Assembly: GCA_021296535.1 (NCBI GenBank)
Contig: JAGWAG010000001.1
Span: 4,463 to 68,462, forward strand
Direction: 5' to 3'
DNA from: Acidobacteriota bacterium
GTDB lineage: Bacteria > Acidobacteriota > Thermoanaerobaculia > Multivoradales > Multivoraceae
Length of the DNA: 64,000 bases
Every line of letters begins with the position of its first letter. Position 1 is the first letter of the stretch. The notes beneath the pieces are model-generated. The model saw only the letters and a list, made by a program, of their open reading frames with translations, was not told the origin of the DNA and searched no databases. The translations under genes and the position numbers were made by a program. Below are positions 41,063 to 50,652 of this stretch, piece by piece.

Positions 41063-42325
41063 ATGGAGAAACTCGCTCCCGAACAGGTCGGCGCTCTGCT
41101 CCGACCCGGCATGAAGGTGGCCGTTCTGGGCGGCTGCAACGAACCGCGCGGCATTGCCGCCGCGCTGCACGCTCAGCCGGAAGCGACCGCCGGCGTGGAG
41201 TTCACGGTTACCCGCATCCCCGGCATCGCCTCGCCGACGCTCGCGCCGTGGGCCGGCTCGACGGTGCGGAGCTTCTTCCTCACGCCCGAGATGCGCGCCG
41301 GCTTCGAAGCGGGGTCCGTTCGTTTCGTGCCGATGCAGTACCGGCACATCTGGGACGATCTCGTCGCGGCGCCCTTCGATCTGGCGATCGCGCAGTTCAC
41401 ACCGCCCGATGAGAGCGGAGAGTGTTCACTTGGCATCGGCGCCGGCTTCCTGCCGGCCCTGCTTGAACGCCGCGAGGTCCCCGTCGTCGCGGAGTGGAAC
41501 TGCGCCCTGCCCCGTCTGCCGGGCGCACCGACGATCAACGCCGACCGTTTCGACTACGTGGTCGAGACGGAGGTCGAACCGCCCACGCTTGCCGGCCGGG
41601 GCGGCGCCGTCGCTGAGCGCATCGGCGCCCTGGTCGCGGAACGGGTCCGGGACGGCGACTGCATCGAAACCGGCGTCGGCGCGATCCCGGGCGCGGTACT
41701 GGCGGCGCTGCACGGTCACCGCGACCTCGGTTTTCACTCGGGCCTGCTGTCCGATGGCGTGATGGATCTCGTGGAAGCGGGCGCTGTCACGGGCGCCCGC
41801 AAGACAATCGACAGGGGGCGTCTGGTCGCGGCCATGGTCCTCGGCTCACCCGCGCTCTACGACTGGGCGAGTCGCTGCGATCTGATCGACCTGCGCACCG
41901 TCGACTACACCCATGATGTGCGTGTCATCGCGAAGCTGGACAACTTCGTCGCGCTGAATTCCGCGGTCGAAGTGGACCTCTTCGGCCAAGTCAACTCGGA
42001 GATCGTGCGAGGCCGCCAGATCAGCGGCACGGGCGGCGCCGTCGACTTCATGCGCGGCGCCCGGATGTCGGCCGGCGGACGCTCGATCGTCGCCCTCGAG
42101 GCAACCGCCGGCGGAGGCCGCTTCTCGCGCATCGTCCCGGCGCTACCGGCCGAGCACGCGGCCACAGCGCTCCGCACCGACGCCGACGTGTTCGTCACTG
42201 AGTACGGCGTCGCCGAAGTCCGCGGGCTGGACATCGTCGAGCGGGTCCGGCGCTTGATCGCGATCGCGGCTCCTCAGTTCCGCGATGAGTTGAACCGGCA
42301 GGCGGTCGGGTCGCTAAAGGCCTGA
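41063..42325 (+). CDS. Acetyl-CoA hydrolase/transferase-family protein (CoA-transferase)
   Basis: 420 aa. The C-terminal domain motif NSAVEVDLFGQVNSEIVRGRQISGTGGAVDFMRGA is present. Confidence 0.82.
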   Translation: MEKLAPEQVGALLRPGMKVAVLGGCNEPRGIAAALHAQPEATAGVEFTVTRIPGIASPTLAPWAGSTVRSFFLTPEMRAGFEAGSVRFVPMQYRHIWDDLVAAPFDLAIAQFTPPDESGECSLGIGAGFLPALLERREVPVVAEWNCALPRLPGAPTINADRFDYVVETEVEPPTLAGRGGAVAERIGALVAERVRDGDCIETGVGAIPGAVLAALHGHRDLGFHSGLLSDGVMDLVEAGAVTGARKTIDRGRLVAAMVLGSPALYDWASRCDLIDLRTVDYTHDVRVIAKLDNFVALNSAVEVDLFGQVNSEIVRGRQISGTGGAVDFMRGARMSAGGRSIVALEATAGGGRFSRIVPALPAEHAATALRTDADVFVTEYGVAEVRGLDIVERVRRLIAIAAPQFRDELNRQAVGSLKA

Positions 42326-42374
42326 GAGCCGGCGTGCGCCGGCGCTCAACCGGCTCGGCAGCGAACGGCCGGTC

Positions 42375-42986
42375 CTACGCCTTGGCGCTCGGCCGCGCCG
42401 ACACGGCCTGGTGCCAGCGCAGCAGGTTCGGTGTCTCCTCGGTGACCTTGAACTTGGTCACCCGGCCGAAGTCGATCCCGATCTGGGCCGTGATGTCGGC
42501 AATCGAGTACTCGTCGCCGGCCACGAACTCGCGGTCCGCGAGCTCCTTGTCCAGCCACTCCAGACGCTTCGACGCCTGGGTGCGCTGGCCTTCCCCGTAT
42601 TCCGGGTACTGCTCGATGCGATCGGCGAAGTAGGGGTGGGTGTTGCGGAAGACCTGCATGATCGGCAGCGCGATCTCGAGCTCCATCCGCCGCTGCCACA
42701 TCTCGATTCGGGCCGCCTGCTCCGGGTCGTTGCCGCCCATCAGGGCCGGTTCGGGCTGCGATTGCTCGAAGTAGCGGCAGATGGCGACCGACTCGGCGAT
42801 GAACGTACCGTCGTCAAGCTCGAGCACCGGGACGCGGCCCATCGGATTCTTCTTGCGGAAGGGTGCCTGCCTGTTCTCGGCGCTGCCCAGGTCGACCGGC
42901 ACGATGGGAACCTCGATGCCCTTCTCGGCCAGGAAGATGCGGACGCGGCGGCAGTTGGGGGCGGTGGCGGCTTCGTGTAGCTTCAT
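42375..42986 (-). CDS. Glutathione S-transferase
   Basis: 203 aa, with a thioredoxin-like N-domain (NCRRVRIFLAEKGIEV...NPMGRVPVLELDDGTFIAESVAICRYFE). Confidence 0.88.
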   Translation of the reverse strand: MKLHEAATAPNCRRVRIFLAEKGIEVPIVPVDLGSAENRQAPFRKKNPMGRVPVLELDDGTFIAESVAICRYFEQSQPEPALMGGNDPEQAARIEMWQRRMELEIALPIMQVFRNTHPYFADRIEQYPEYGEGQRTQASKRLEWLDKELADREFVAGDEYSIADITAQIGIDFGRVTKFKVTEETPNLLRWHQAVSARPSAKA

Positions 42987-43092
42987 GGCTCAGGACATCT
43001 CCTGGAGGTCGGCTGCTGATGGTCAAGGCTTGGAAAACTACGGGCGCGCAGTCTAACCGCATCCGGCGCGCGAATCACCGGGAGCCCCGCCG

Positions 43093-43890
43093 ATGATCGA
43101 GCTCATCGCCCAGCCCTCGTTCTGGGCCGCGCTCTTCTCCGTCACGCTGATTCAGATCGCGCTCGGCGCGGACAACCTGATCATCATCACGATCATCGCC
43201 AACAAGCTCCCCGCGGCTCGGCGCAAGCAGGCGATCCAGCTCGGCCTGGTGCTGGCGATGGCGCTCCGCATCGTGCTGCTCCTGATCCTGAGCCTGGTGC
43301 TCGGGGCTGCGACGACCGAACTCTGGACCTTCGACGGAGCGTTCCTCGGCGTCGGGATGGCCGGCAGCGTCGACGGCAAGTCGCTGGTGCTCGTGATCGG
43401 CGGACTGTTCCTGGTTTGGAAGGGCGTCAAGGAGCTGCGCATCAAGCTGAAGGCGGTCGAGCACGAGGTCGCGAAGGCAAGCCGCTTCGCCGAGGTCGTC
43501 ACCCTGATCGTGGGCATGAACCTGATCTTCTCCGTCGACTCGATCCTGACCGTCGTCGGCATGACGGACATCTTCGCGGTCATGGTCGGCTCGGTGCTCA
43601 TCTCGGTCGCGCTGATGCTGGTCTTCGCCGGTCCGATCGCGCGCTTCCTCAGCTCGAACCCCGAGTTCGAGATCCTCGGCCTGTTCGTCCTCCTGCTGAT
43701 CGGCTTCGTGCTGATCCTGGAAGGCGGCCACAGCGCCCACCTGACCGTGAACGGCTCCCCTACCCCGTACATCCCGCAGTGGATCGTCATCTTCATCCTG
43801 CTGCTGATGTTCGCGCTCGACCTCTACCAGAACTGGTGGGAACGCAAGCAGGACGTCGACGCGGTAACGCTCCACCGGCGGCGCAAGTAG
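43093..43890 (+). CDS. TerC-family integral membrane protein
   Basis: 265 aa, with LIQIALGADNLIIITIIANKLP... and a second repeat FSVDSILTVVGMT. Confidence 0.85.
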   Translation: MIELIAQPSFWAALFSVTLIQIALGADNLIIITIIANKLPAARRKQAIQLGLVLAMALRIVLLLILSLVLGAATTELWTFDGAFLGVGMAGSVDGKSLVLVIGGLFLVWKGVKELRIKLKAVEHEVAKASRFAEVVTLIVGMNLIFSVDSILTVVGMTDIFAVMVGSVLISVALMLVFAGPIARFLSSNPEFEILGLFVLLLIGFVLILEGGHSAHLTVNGSPTPYIPQWIVIFILLLMFALDLYQNWWERKQDVDAVTLHRRRK

Positions 43891-43992
43891 AGGCAGGCGG
43901 AGCCGAATCGGGCGGTGTACGATCCCCGCCCTCACATCCGGGGCCTTCGCCTGTGAGGCCCCGACTTCAACTCACTCCACTGGAAACCGCCG

Positions 43993-44697
43993 ATGTCTGA
44001 GAACGAGTCCGCCAGTCCGCCACTGCCCACTCTCGCCATGCTCGGCGCCACCGGCGACCTCGGCGGCGGCCTCGCCCGGCGCTGGGCGGCGGCCGGCTAC
44101 GCGATCGTCATCGGCTCGCGCTCACGCGAAAAGGGCGCCGGCTCGGCCGAAGACGTAAACGAGCAGCTTCGCGCACAGGGCCTGGCCCCCTCGGTCCGCG
44201 GCACGGACAACCTGAGCGCCGCCGAGGAAGGCGACCTCGTCGTGCTGACCGTGCCCTACGCCTTCCAGCGCGCCACGCTGGAGGCCGTGCGCGACGCGCT
44301 CCGGGGCAAGATCCTGGTCGATTGCACCGTGCCGCTCGTCCCGCCGAAGGTCGCGCGGGTGCAGCTTCCCGACGAGGGCTGCGCCGCAGTCATCGCCCAG
44401 CAGACCGTCGGCCCGGACGTGCGGGTCGTCTCCGCCTTCCAGAACGTCGGCGCCGCCCATCTGCGCGAGGACGACGCAGTGGATTGCGACGTCCTGGTGA
44501 CCGGCGACGACCCGGCGGCACGCGCCGAGGTCATCGAACTGATCGAGGCGCTCGGGATGCGAGGCTGGCACGCCGGCCCGCTCGACAACGCCGCCGCGGC
44601 CGAGGCCCTGACATCGATCCTCATCCAGTTGAATCGGAAGTACGGAATCGCCGGCGCGGGGATCCGGATCACCGGCGAGGTGACCCGGAAGCCCTGA
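43993..44697 (+). CDS. npdG: NADPH-dependent F420 reductase
   Basis: 234 aa, with a Rossmann N-terminus (LAMLGATGDLGGGLARRWAAAGYAIVIGSRSREK). It is the first gene of the F420 cluster. Confidence 0.8.
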   Translation: MSENESASPPLPTLAMLGATGDLGGGLARRWAAAGYAIVIGSRSREKGAGSAEDVNEQLRAQGLAPSVRGTDNLSAAEEGDLVVLTVPYAFQRATLEAVRDALRGKILVDCTVPLVPPKVARVQLPDEGCAAVIAQQTVGPDVRVVSAFQNVGAAHLREDDAVDCDVLVTGDDPAARAEVIELIEALGMRGWHAGPLDNAAAAEALTSILIQLNRKYGIAGAGIRITGEVTRKP

Positions 44698-44724
44698 GTT
44701 CGTCCGCCTCGGCGTCGTCAGACC

Positions 44725-45486
44725 ATGCTGAATCTCAAGTCGGTACCCGGCCTGCCCGATGTCCAACCGGGCGACGATCTGACCTCCCTGATCGAGGAAG
44801 CGATGGGCCAGGCGCGCCTGAAGTTGCGCGCCGGCGATGTGCTCGTCGTCGCGCAGAAGATCGTCTCCAAGGCCGAAGGCCGAATCGTCGATCTGGCAAC
44901 GGTCGAACCGCGTGAGGAAGCCGTGCGGCTGGCGGCGGAGTGCGACAAGGACCCCCGGCTGATCGAACTCGTGCTCCGGGAATCTACCGAAGTGCTCCGC
45001 ACAGTGCCCGGGGTCATCGTCGTCGAGCACCGGCTCGGTCTCGTGCTGGCGAACGCGGGGATCGACCAGTCGAATCTGCGTCCCGGCGACGACCACGGCT
45101 ACGCCCTGCTCCTGCCGGAGGATCCGGACGCGTCGGCGGCGGCCCTGCGTGAAGCGCTCGCGGCCCGTTTCGGAATCGAGGACCTCGGCGTGATCGTCAA
45201 CGACAGCGTCGGCCGAGCCTGGCGTCTCGGCACCGTCGGGCTGGCGATCGGCGTCGCCGGCATGACCGCCCTGTGGGACCTGCGCGGGGACCGCGACCTG
45301 TTCGGCCGCGAACTCATGGTCTCGGAGACCGGCATCGCCGACCTGGTGGCGAGCGCCGCCCAGATCGTCCAGGGCGAGGGCGACGAAGGGGCGCCCGTGG
45401 TCCGCGTCCGCGGTTTGAAGAAACTCGGGCCGAGCCAGACCGCCCGCGCCCTGCTGCGGCCGCGCAACCAGGACCTGTTCCGATGA
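44725..45486 (+). CDS. cofE: Coenzyme F420-0:L-glutamate ligase (stand-alone CofE, no FbiB C-terminal domain)
   Basis: 253 aa, with LPDVQPGDDL...GDVLVVAQKIVSKAEGR...HRLGLVLANAGIDQSN...DLVASAAQIVQGEGDEG. Confidence 0.88.
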   Translation: MLNLKSVPGLPDVQPGDDLTSLIEEAMGQARLKLRAGDVLVVAQKIVSKAEGRIVDLATVEPREEAVRLAAECDKDPRLIELVLRESTEVLRTVPGVIVVEHRLGLVLANAGIDQSNLRPGDDHGYALLLPEDPDASAAALREALAARFGIEDLGVIVNDSVGRAWRLGTVGLAIGVAGMTALWDLRGDRDLFGRELMVSETGIADLVASAAQIVQGEGDEGAPVVRVRGLKKLGPSQTARALLRPRNQDLFR

Positions 45487-46463
45487 GCGAAGCCGCGGGC
45501 CGCTGTCTCGCGCTGTCCGGCGGTGTCGGCGGTGCCAAGCTGGCACTCGGGCTGTCTCGGGTCCTTCCGCCTGAAGCACTGACGATCGTCTGCAACACGG
45601 CGGACGACTTCGACCATCTCGGGCTCCGCGTCTGCCCCGATCTCGACACGGTGATGTACACGCTGGCCGGTGTCTCCAACCGCGTCACCGGATGGGGCCA
45701 GGCGCACGAGACGTGGTCCTTCCTCGAGGCGCTTTCCCAACTCGGCGGCGAGACCTGGTTCCGGCTCGGCGACCGGGATCTGGCGACCCACGTCGAGCGC
45801 ACGCGGAGGCTCCGGAACGGCGAGAGCCTGACCGCGGTGACGGACGCGCTGTGCCGGGCACTCGGCGTCGAAGCGAAGGTCCTGCCGATGACCGACGACC
45901 CGGTGCGCACCGTCGTCGGTACGTCCGGCGGCGAACTCAGCTTCCAGCACTACTTCGTCCGCGACCGCTGTGCCCCGGCGGTGACGGGCTTCCGGTTCGA
46001 GGGCGTCGATGCCGCGCGGCCGGCGCCGGACTTCCTCGCCGCCCTGGAAGAGGACGCGACGGCGGTGATCGTCGTCTGCCCCTCGAACCCGTTCGTCAGC
46101 GTGGATCCCATGCTCGCCCTACCGGGAGTCGAGGCGGCTTTCAGGAACAGTCCCGCGCCCGTCATCGCCGTCTCACCCATCGTCGGCGGCCAGGCCATCA
46201 AGGGGCCGGCGGCCAAGATGATGGAGGAACTGCAGATGCCCGTGACAGCCGCGGCCGTTGCCCGCCACTACCGGGAGCGCGACCTCCTGGATGGCTTCGT
46301 CGTCGACCATGCGGACGCCGGCGAAGCGGCGGAGATCGAGCGGGAGGGACTCCCGACTCTGGTCACCGGCACGGTGATGGAAAGCCTGGCCGACCGGGAG
46401 CGTCTGGCGCGCGAGATGCTCGACTTCGCCCGTAGCATCGCCGCACCGGATCGCCGTCCGTGA
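45483..46463 (+). CDS. cofD: 2-phospho-L-lactate transferase (CofD/FbiA)
   Basis: Trimmed to the ATG at 45483 (ATGA overlap). Contains ALSGGVGGAKLALGL...NTADDFDHLGLRVCPDLDTVMYTLAG...WFRLGDRDLATH. Confidence 0.9.
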   Translation: MSEAAGRCLALSGGVGGAKLALGLSRVLPPEALTIVCNTADDFDHLGLRVCPDLDTVMYTLAGVSNRVTGWGQAHETWSFLEALSQLGGETWFRLGDRDLATHVERTRRLRNGESLTAVTDALCRALGVEAKVLPMTDDPVRTVVGTSGGELSFQHYFVRDRCAPAVTGFRFEGVDAARPAPDFLAALEEDATAVIVVCPSNPFVSVDPMLALPGVEAAFRNSPAPVIAVSPIVGGQAIKGPAAKMMEELQMPVTAAAVARHYRERDLLDGFVVDHADAGEAAEIEREGLPTLVTGTVMESLADRERLAREMLDFARSIAAPDRRP

Positions 46464-47158
46464 GTGCGGGCGGTCTCTGGGCGGTCCTGCCGGTCAAGGC
46501 CTGGTCCGAGGCCAAGCGACGCCTGTCGCCGATCCTGAGCGGCGAGGAACGACAGGAGCTGGCCCGCGCGATGCTGGACGACGTGCTCAGCGCGATCGCC
46601 GGCGCCTCACGGATCGCCGGAACACTTGCGGTCACCGCGGACAGGGTCGCTGCGAGCTACCTGGAAAGGGCCGGGTGCGAAGTTCTGGCGGAGCCCAGGC
46701 GTGGCCTGAACCGGGCACTGGGCACCGCCGCGGACGAGCTGCGGCGCCGCGACGCCTCGACGATGCTGGTCCTGCCGATCGACCTGCCGCTTGTCGTGGC
46801 CGGCGATCTCGACCAGCTCTGCGTCCACCACCTGGACCAGGGGGCCGGGCAAGCCGGGGACTCGGCTGCACGGGCGACCGTCACCGTGGCGCCTGACCGA
46901 TTCCGCTCCGGCACCAACGCCCTCGTCTGCTCGCCGCCTGGCTGCATTCCGTTCCGCTTCGGCGACGGCAGTTTCCATGCCCATCTCCGGGAAGCGGAAC
47001 GGGCACAGGCCGCCCACGCCAGCGTCACCCTCAGGAACCTCAGCCTCGACGTGGACCATCCGGACGACCTGGCCGAACTGCTGCGGCTCGACCACGCCAG
47101 CCGCACCGGCCGTCTTCTACGCCGACTCGGTGCGCCGTCACGGCTCGAAGGCCACTGA
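46460..47158 (+). CDS. cofC: Phospho-substrate guanylyltransferase for F420 synthesis (CofC/FbiD)
   Basis: 232 aa, with WAVLPVKAWSEAKRRLSPIL...GLNRAL...MLVLPIDLPLV...DRFRSGTNAL. The GTG start overlaps the cofD stop (GTGA). Confidence 0.85.
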   Translation: MSAGGLWAVLPVKAWSEAKRRLSPILSGEERQELARAMLDDVLSAIAGASRIAGTLAVTADRVAASYLERAGCEVLAEPRRGLNRALGTAADELRRRDASTMLVLPIDLPLVVAGDLDQLCVHHLDQGAGQAGDSAARATVTVAPDRFRSGTNALVCSPPGCIPFRFGDGSFHAHLREAERAQAAHASVTLRNLSLDVDHPDDLAELLRLDHASRTGRLLRRLGAPSRLEGH

Positions 47159-47217
47159 ACCGGGACTGATACCGTTCGCTATCCGCCGTTGGCGCGTTCT
47201 TTCCTGCCGTCATAGCC

Positions 47218-49734
47218 ATGCCGCATCAGCTCAGCGCGTTCCTGGACCGTCGTCCGACCCCCGACGAAGCCCGTGCGCTTGCCCGCATCGAGCCAGGCGC
47301 CGGCCTCGACGAGTTGGTCGATGTCGCCGGTGAACTGCGTGACCGGGGCCACGGCAACCTCGTCTCCTACTCGCGCAAGGTCTTCCTGCCGCTGACTCAC
47401 CTGTGCCGGGACATCTGTCACTACTGCGTCTTCGCCCAGCCGCCGAAGAAGGGCGAGGCGGCGTACATGCCGCTCGATACCGTCCTGAGCCAGGCTCGCC
47501 TCGCCGCCGCGGCCGGTTGCAAGGAGGCGCTGTTCACCCTCGGGGACAAGCCTGAGTTGCGCTACAAGGCGGCCCGCGAGGGTCTGGCCGAACTCGGCCA
47601 CGAGTCGACCCTCTCCTACCTACGCGAGGCCGCGGAACGGGTGTTTAGCGAGACCGGGCTCCTGCCCCACCTCAACCCGGGCCTGATGACAGCCGGGGAC
47701 ATCGAGCGTCTGCGCCCTGTATCGCCGTCGATGGGCATCATGCTGGAGAGCGTGTCCCTGCGCCTGCACGAGAAGGGCCAGGCCCACTACGGCTGCCCCG
47801 ACAAGGTGCCACACCGCAGGCTGGAGACGCTCCGGCTGGCCGGCGAAGCGCGGGTACCCTTCACGTCGGGCATCCTGATCGGCATCGGCGAGACCCGCGA
47901 GGAACGGATCGACGCCTTGCTCGCGATGCGAGACCTGCACGACGAGTACGGCCACATCCAGGAAGTCATCGTCCAGAACTTCCGGGCCAAGCCCGAGACC
48001 CGGATGGCCGACGCGCCCGAGCCGACACTCGAGGACCTGCTGTGGACGATCGCCACGGCCCGCCTCGTGCTCGGACCCGAAATGCATATCCAGGCGCCGC
48101 CCAACCTGAGCCCCGGCGTCCTGCCGCAGCTCATAGCGGCCGGCATCGACGACTGGGGCGGCGTCTCGCCGGTCACTCCGGACTTCGTCAACCCCGAGGC
48201 CCCCTGGCCGCACCTCGAGCGCCTCGCCGAGGAGACGGCTGACGCCGGCAAGACCCTGGTCGAGCGTCTGACGGTCTATCCGGAGTGGGCGCTCGACGGG
48301 GAACGCTGGCTCGACGACGGCCGCGGCCAGAGCCGCGCGATCCGCCGCTTGGGTGGCGTTCGCGCCGCGGTGCTGCAGCGGATCGACGCCACCGGGCTGC
48401 CCCGCACGGACGAGTGGTCGCCCGGCGAACAGACGCCGCCGCCACGCGACGTCCTGAACGCGGTCACGGCGCCGGTCGCCCGAAACGGCAACGGCAGTGG
48501 GCACGGCGCCGTCGCCGGAGTCTCAGCGCCTGTCCTGGCCATACTCGACCGTGCCGGCTCGGGTGAGGACCTGACGCAAGATCAGATCGCCACCCTGTTC
48601 CGCGCCCGCGGCGCCGACTTCACCGCCGTCTGTTCCGCCGCCGACGCGATCCGCCGCGAGGTGAACGGCGAGACGGTGAGCTACGTCGTCAACCGAAACA
48701 TCAACTACACGAACGTCTGCTACTTCAAGTGCCAGTTCTGCGCCTTCTCGAAGGGCAAGCTGAGCGAGAACCTGCGCGGCAAGCCCTACGACCTCGAACT
48801 GGAAGAGGTCATGCGCCGCACGGTCGAGGCCTGGCAGCGCGGCGCGACGGAAGTCTGCATGCAGGGCGGCATCCACCCGGACTACACGGGCGAGACGTAT
48901 CTCGGAATCTGCCGCGCGGTGAAGGAGGCGGTGCCCGAAATCCACGTTCACGCCTTCTCGCCGCTCGAGGTCTGGCAGGGGGCGGCGACCCTCGACATGC
49001 CCTTGCACGACTACCTGCTGCTCCTCAAGGAGGCGGGCCTGGGCACCCTGCCCGGCACGGCCGCCGAGATCCTCGACGACGAGATTCGCGCGATCATCTG
49101 CCCCGACAAGCTGAACACGGACCAGTGGCTCGAGGTGATGGAGACCGCCCACGGGGTCGGCTACCGCACGACGGCGACGATCATGTACGGCCACGTCGAC
49201 GGTCCGCGAAACTGGGCCCGCCACCTGCTCCGCCTGCGCGACCTGCAGAAGCGCACCCGCGGCTTCACCGAGTTTGTGCCCCTTCCCTTCGTCCACATGG
49301 AGGCGCCGCTCTACCTCAAGGGCCGCGCCCGCAAGGGGCCGACCTTCCGCGAGGCGGTGCTCATGCACGCCGTGGCCCGGCTGGCGCTTCACCCCTGGTT
49401 CGAGAACGTCCAGGCCTCCTGGGTCAAGATGGGTCCGGAAGGCGTCGCGGCCTGCCTCCGGGCCGGCGTGAACGACCTCGGCGGCACGTTGATGAACGAG
49501 AGCATCACCCGCGCCGCCGGTTCCGAGCACGGCCAGGAACTGCCGCCGTCCGAGATGGAGGCACTGATCCGAAGCGCCGGCCGCGTTCCGAGACAGCGCA
49601 CCACGCCCTACGGCACGCCGCCCCCGGAACGCGTCGAGACATCGTTCCAGGCCGCGGAGCTCGCCGCCGTGCTGAACACGCGCACCGGCCCCTTGCGACT
49701 GGTACGCCCCGGCCTGGAAGCGGACGGCAGCTAG
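47218..49734 (+). CDS. fbiC: Bifunctional FO synthase (fused CofG+CofH)
   Basis: 838 aa with two radical-SAM cysteine motifs, CRDICHYCVF (N-terminal half) and CYFKCQFCAF (C-terminal half). Confidence 0.92.
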   Translation: MPHQLSAFLDRRPTPDEARALARIEPGAGLDELVDVAGELRDRGHGNLVSYSRKVFLPLTHLCRDICHYCVFAQPPKKGEAAYMPLDTVLSQARLAAAAGCKEALFTLGDKPELRYKAAREGLAELGHESTLSYLREAAERVFSETGLLPHLNPGLMTAGDIERLRPVSPSMGIMLESVSLRLHEKGQAHYGCPDKVPHRRLETLRLAGEARVPFTSGILIGIGETREERIDALLAMRDLHDEYGHIQEVIVQNFRAKPETRMADAPEPTLEDLLWTIATARLVLGPEMHIQAPPNLSPGVLPQLIAAGIDDWGGVSPVTPDFVNPEAPWPHLERLAEETADAGKTLVERLTVYPEWALDGERWLDDGRGQSRAIRRLGGVRAAVLQRIDATGLPRTDEWSPGEQTPPPRDVLNAVTAPVARNGNGSGHGAVAGVSAPVLAILDRAGSGEDLTQDQIATLFRARGADFTAVCSAADAIRREVNGETVSYVVNRNINYTNVCYFKCQFCAFSKGKLSENLRGKPYDLELEEVMRRTVEAWQRGATEVCMQGGIHPDYTGETYLGICRAVKEAVPEIHVHAFSPLEVWQGAATLDMPLHDYLLLLKEAGLGTLPGTAAEILDDEIRAIICPDKLNTDQWLEVMETAHGVGYRTTATIMYGHVDGPRNWARHLLRLRDLQKRTRGFTEFVPLPFVHMEAPLYLKGRARKGPTFREAVLMHAVARLALHPWFENVQASWVKMGPEGVAACLRAGVNDLGGTLMNESITRAAGSEHGQELPPSEMEALIRSAGRVPRQRTTPYGTPPPERVETSFQAAELAAVLNTRTGPLRLVRPGLEADGS

Positions 49735-49792
49735 AACTGGGTGCGCCGGCCTGCCATCCGTGCGCCCGCTGACGGACGCACGGACTGGTTCA

Positions 49793-49817
49793 CGGGTGGC
49801 GCGGATCGCGCCACCCG
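49793..49817 (+). terminator. Perfect 11-bp GC-rich hairpin downstream of fbiC (candidate terminator)
   Basis: CGGGTGGCGCG-GAT-CGCGCCACCCG, 58 nt after the fbiC stop. It is followed by GGTTCTGG, so the U-tract is poor. Confidence 0.4.
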
Positions 49818-49910
49818 GGTTCTGGCCGGCATCCGGCGCGGAGCACCGGCTCCGGAGATTCGGCCACAGAAAGGGGCCTCCGGTACCATTCACGACGCAG
49901 GAGGTCATCG

Positions 49911-50192
49911 ATGGAACTCGCGATCACCAAGGCCAAGGCCCGCCTCTCCGAACTTGTCGCCGCCGCGCAAGACGGCGAGCGCGTCGTCATCACGAAGAAC
50001 GGCGAACCCGCAGTCGAGCTGGTTCGTTGCAAGCAGCGTAAGCGCAAGGGCGGCTTCGACTTCGACAAGTGGGAAGCCACCCGGCGCCGGATGGGGATCA
50101 AAGATGCACCGCCGGAAGAGGCCAAGGCGATGCGCGAAGCGTTCCACGACGCGGCGCTGAGCCGGCGGGTCCTCGGCCTCGACGACGACTAG
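49911..50192 (+). CDS. Phd/YefM-family antitoxin
   Basis: 93 aa, with MELAITKAKARLSELVAAAQDGERVVITKNGEPAVELV. A Shine-Dalgarno sequence (AGGAGG) is present. Confidence 0.85.
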   Translation: MELAITKAKARLSELVAAAQDGERVVITKNGEPAVELVRCKQRKRKGGFDFDKWEATRRRMGIKDAPPEEAKAMREAFHDAALSRRVLGLDDD

Positions 50193-50212
50193 GTTCCCGG
50201 GGACTGTCGGCG

Positions 50213-50608
50213 GTGCGTGTCCTGCTTGACACGTCGTTCTTGTACGACTTGATGGAGGCCTACGGTGAGTTCCCGGATACCGTGCGCAGTCTGTTAGCCG
50301 ACCAGGACGCGGCCCTCTACGTGAGCGCCGTTTCCCTCTGGGAGATGAGGCTGAAGTACAGCGCCTTCCACCGTTCAGGTGACCGAAAGAGCCCTCACAA
50401 CCCGAACGAAGTGCTAACGGTCCTCCAAGAGCACAACGTGACGTTCCTACCTCTTGAGCCGCGCCACGCAACTCGGGAACTCGATACGCCAATCCCCAAT
50501 CGAGATCCGTTCGATGAGTTGCTGCTCGTTCAGGCCCAGGAAGAGGGGCTCAAACTCCTCACGGCGGACCGGCAGCTCGCCGGGCATCCCCTGGCCATCA
50601 CCGTCTAG
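50213..50608 (+). CDS. vapC: PIN-domain toxin (VapC family)
   Basis: The start is GTG at 50213. The product reads (M)RVLLDTSFLYDL...VSAVSLWEMRLK...RDPFDELLLVQAQEEGLKLLTADRQL, with the acidic residues of PIN domains. Confidence 0.82.
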   Translation: MRVLLDTSFLYDLMEAYGEFPDTVRSLLADQDAALYVSAVSLWEMRLKYSAFHRSGDRKSPHNPNEVLTVLQEHNVTFLPLEPRHATRELDTPIPNRDPFDELLLVQAQEEGLKLLTADRQLAGHPLAITV

Positions 50609-50652
50609 CCGTGGCAGCCCGCAGCAAGAAGTTCGGCTTCTGCCCGGAACGC

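Noticed and set aside
42987-43092. Possible yybP-ykoY (Mn2+) riboswitch upstream of the TerC-family gene.
   Set aside because: I could not find the conserved GGAGAGUAG/GACA-type cores or the four-helix layout in the 106-nt spacer.
43931-43962. An apparent H-type pseudoknot (CTCACA...GGGGC...TGTGAG-GCCCC) between TerC and npdG.
   Set aside because: There is no loop between the second strands of the two stems, so the pseudoknot is sterically implausible. More likely these are two alternative short hairpins or chance GC-rich complementarity.
50609-50652. A hairpin with a UUCG-like loop between vapC and the LLM pseudogene, as a possible terminator.
   Set aside because: Only about 5 contiguous base pairs (AGAAG/CTTCT) can form. 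That is too weak to call.
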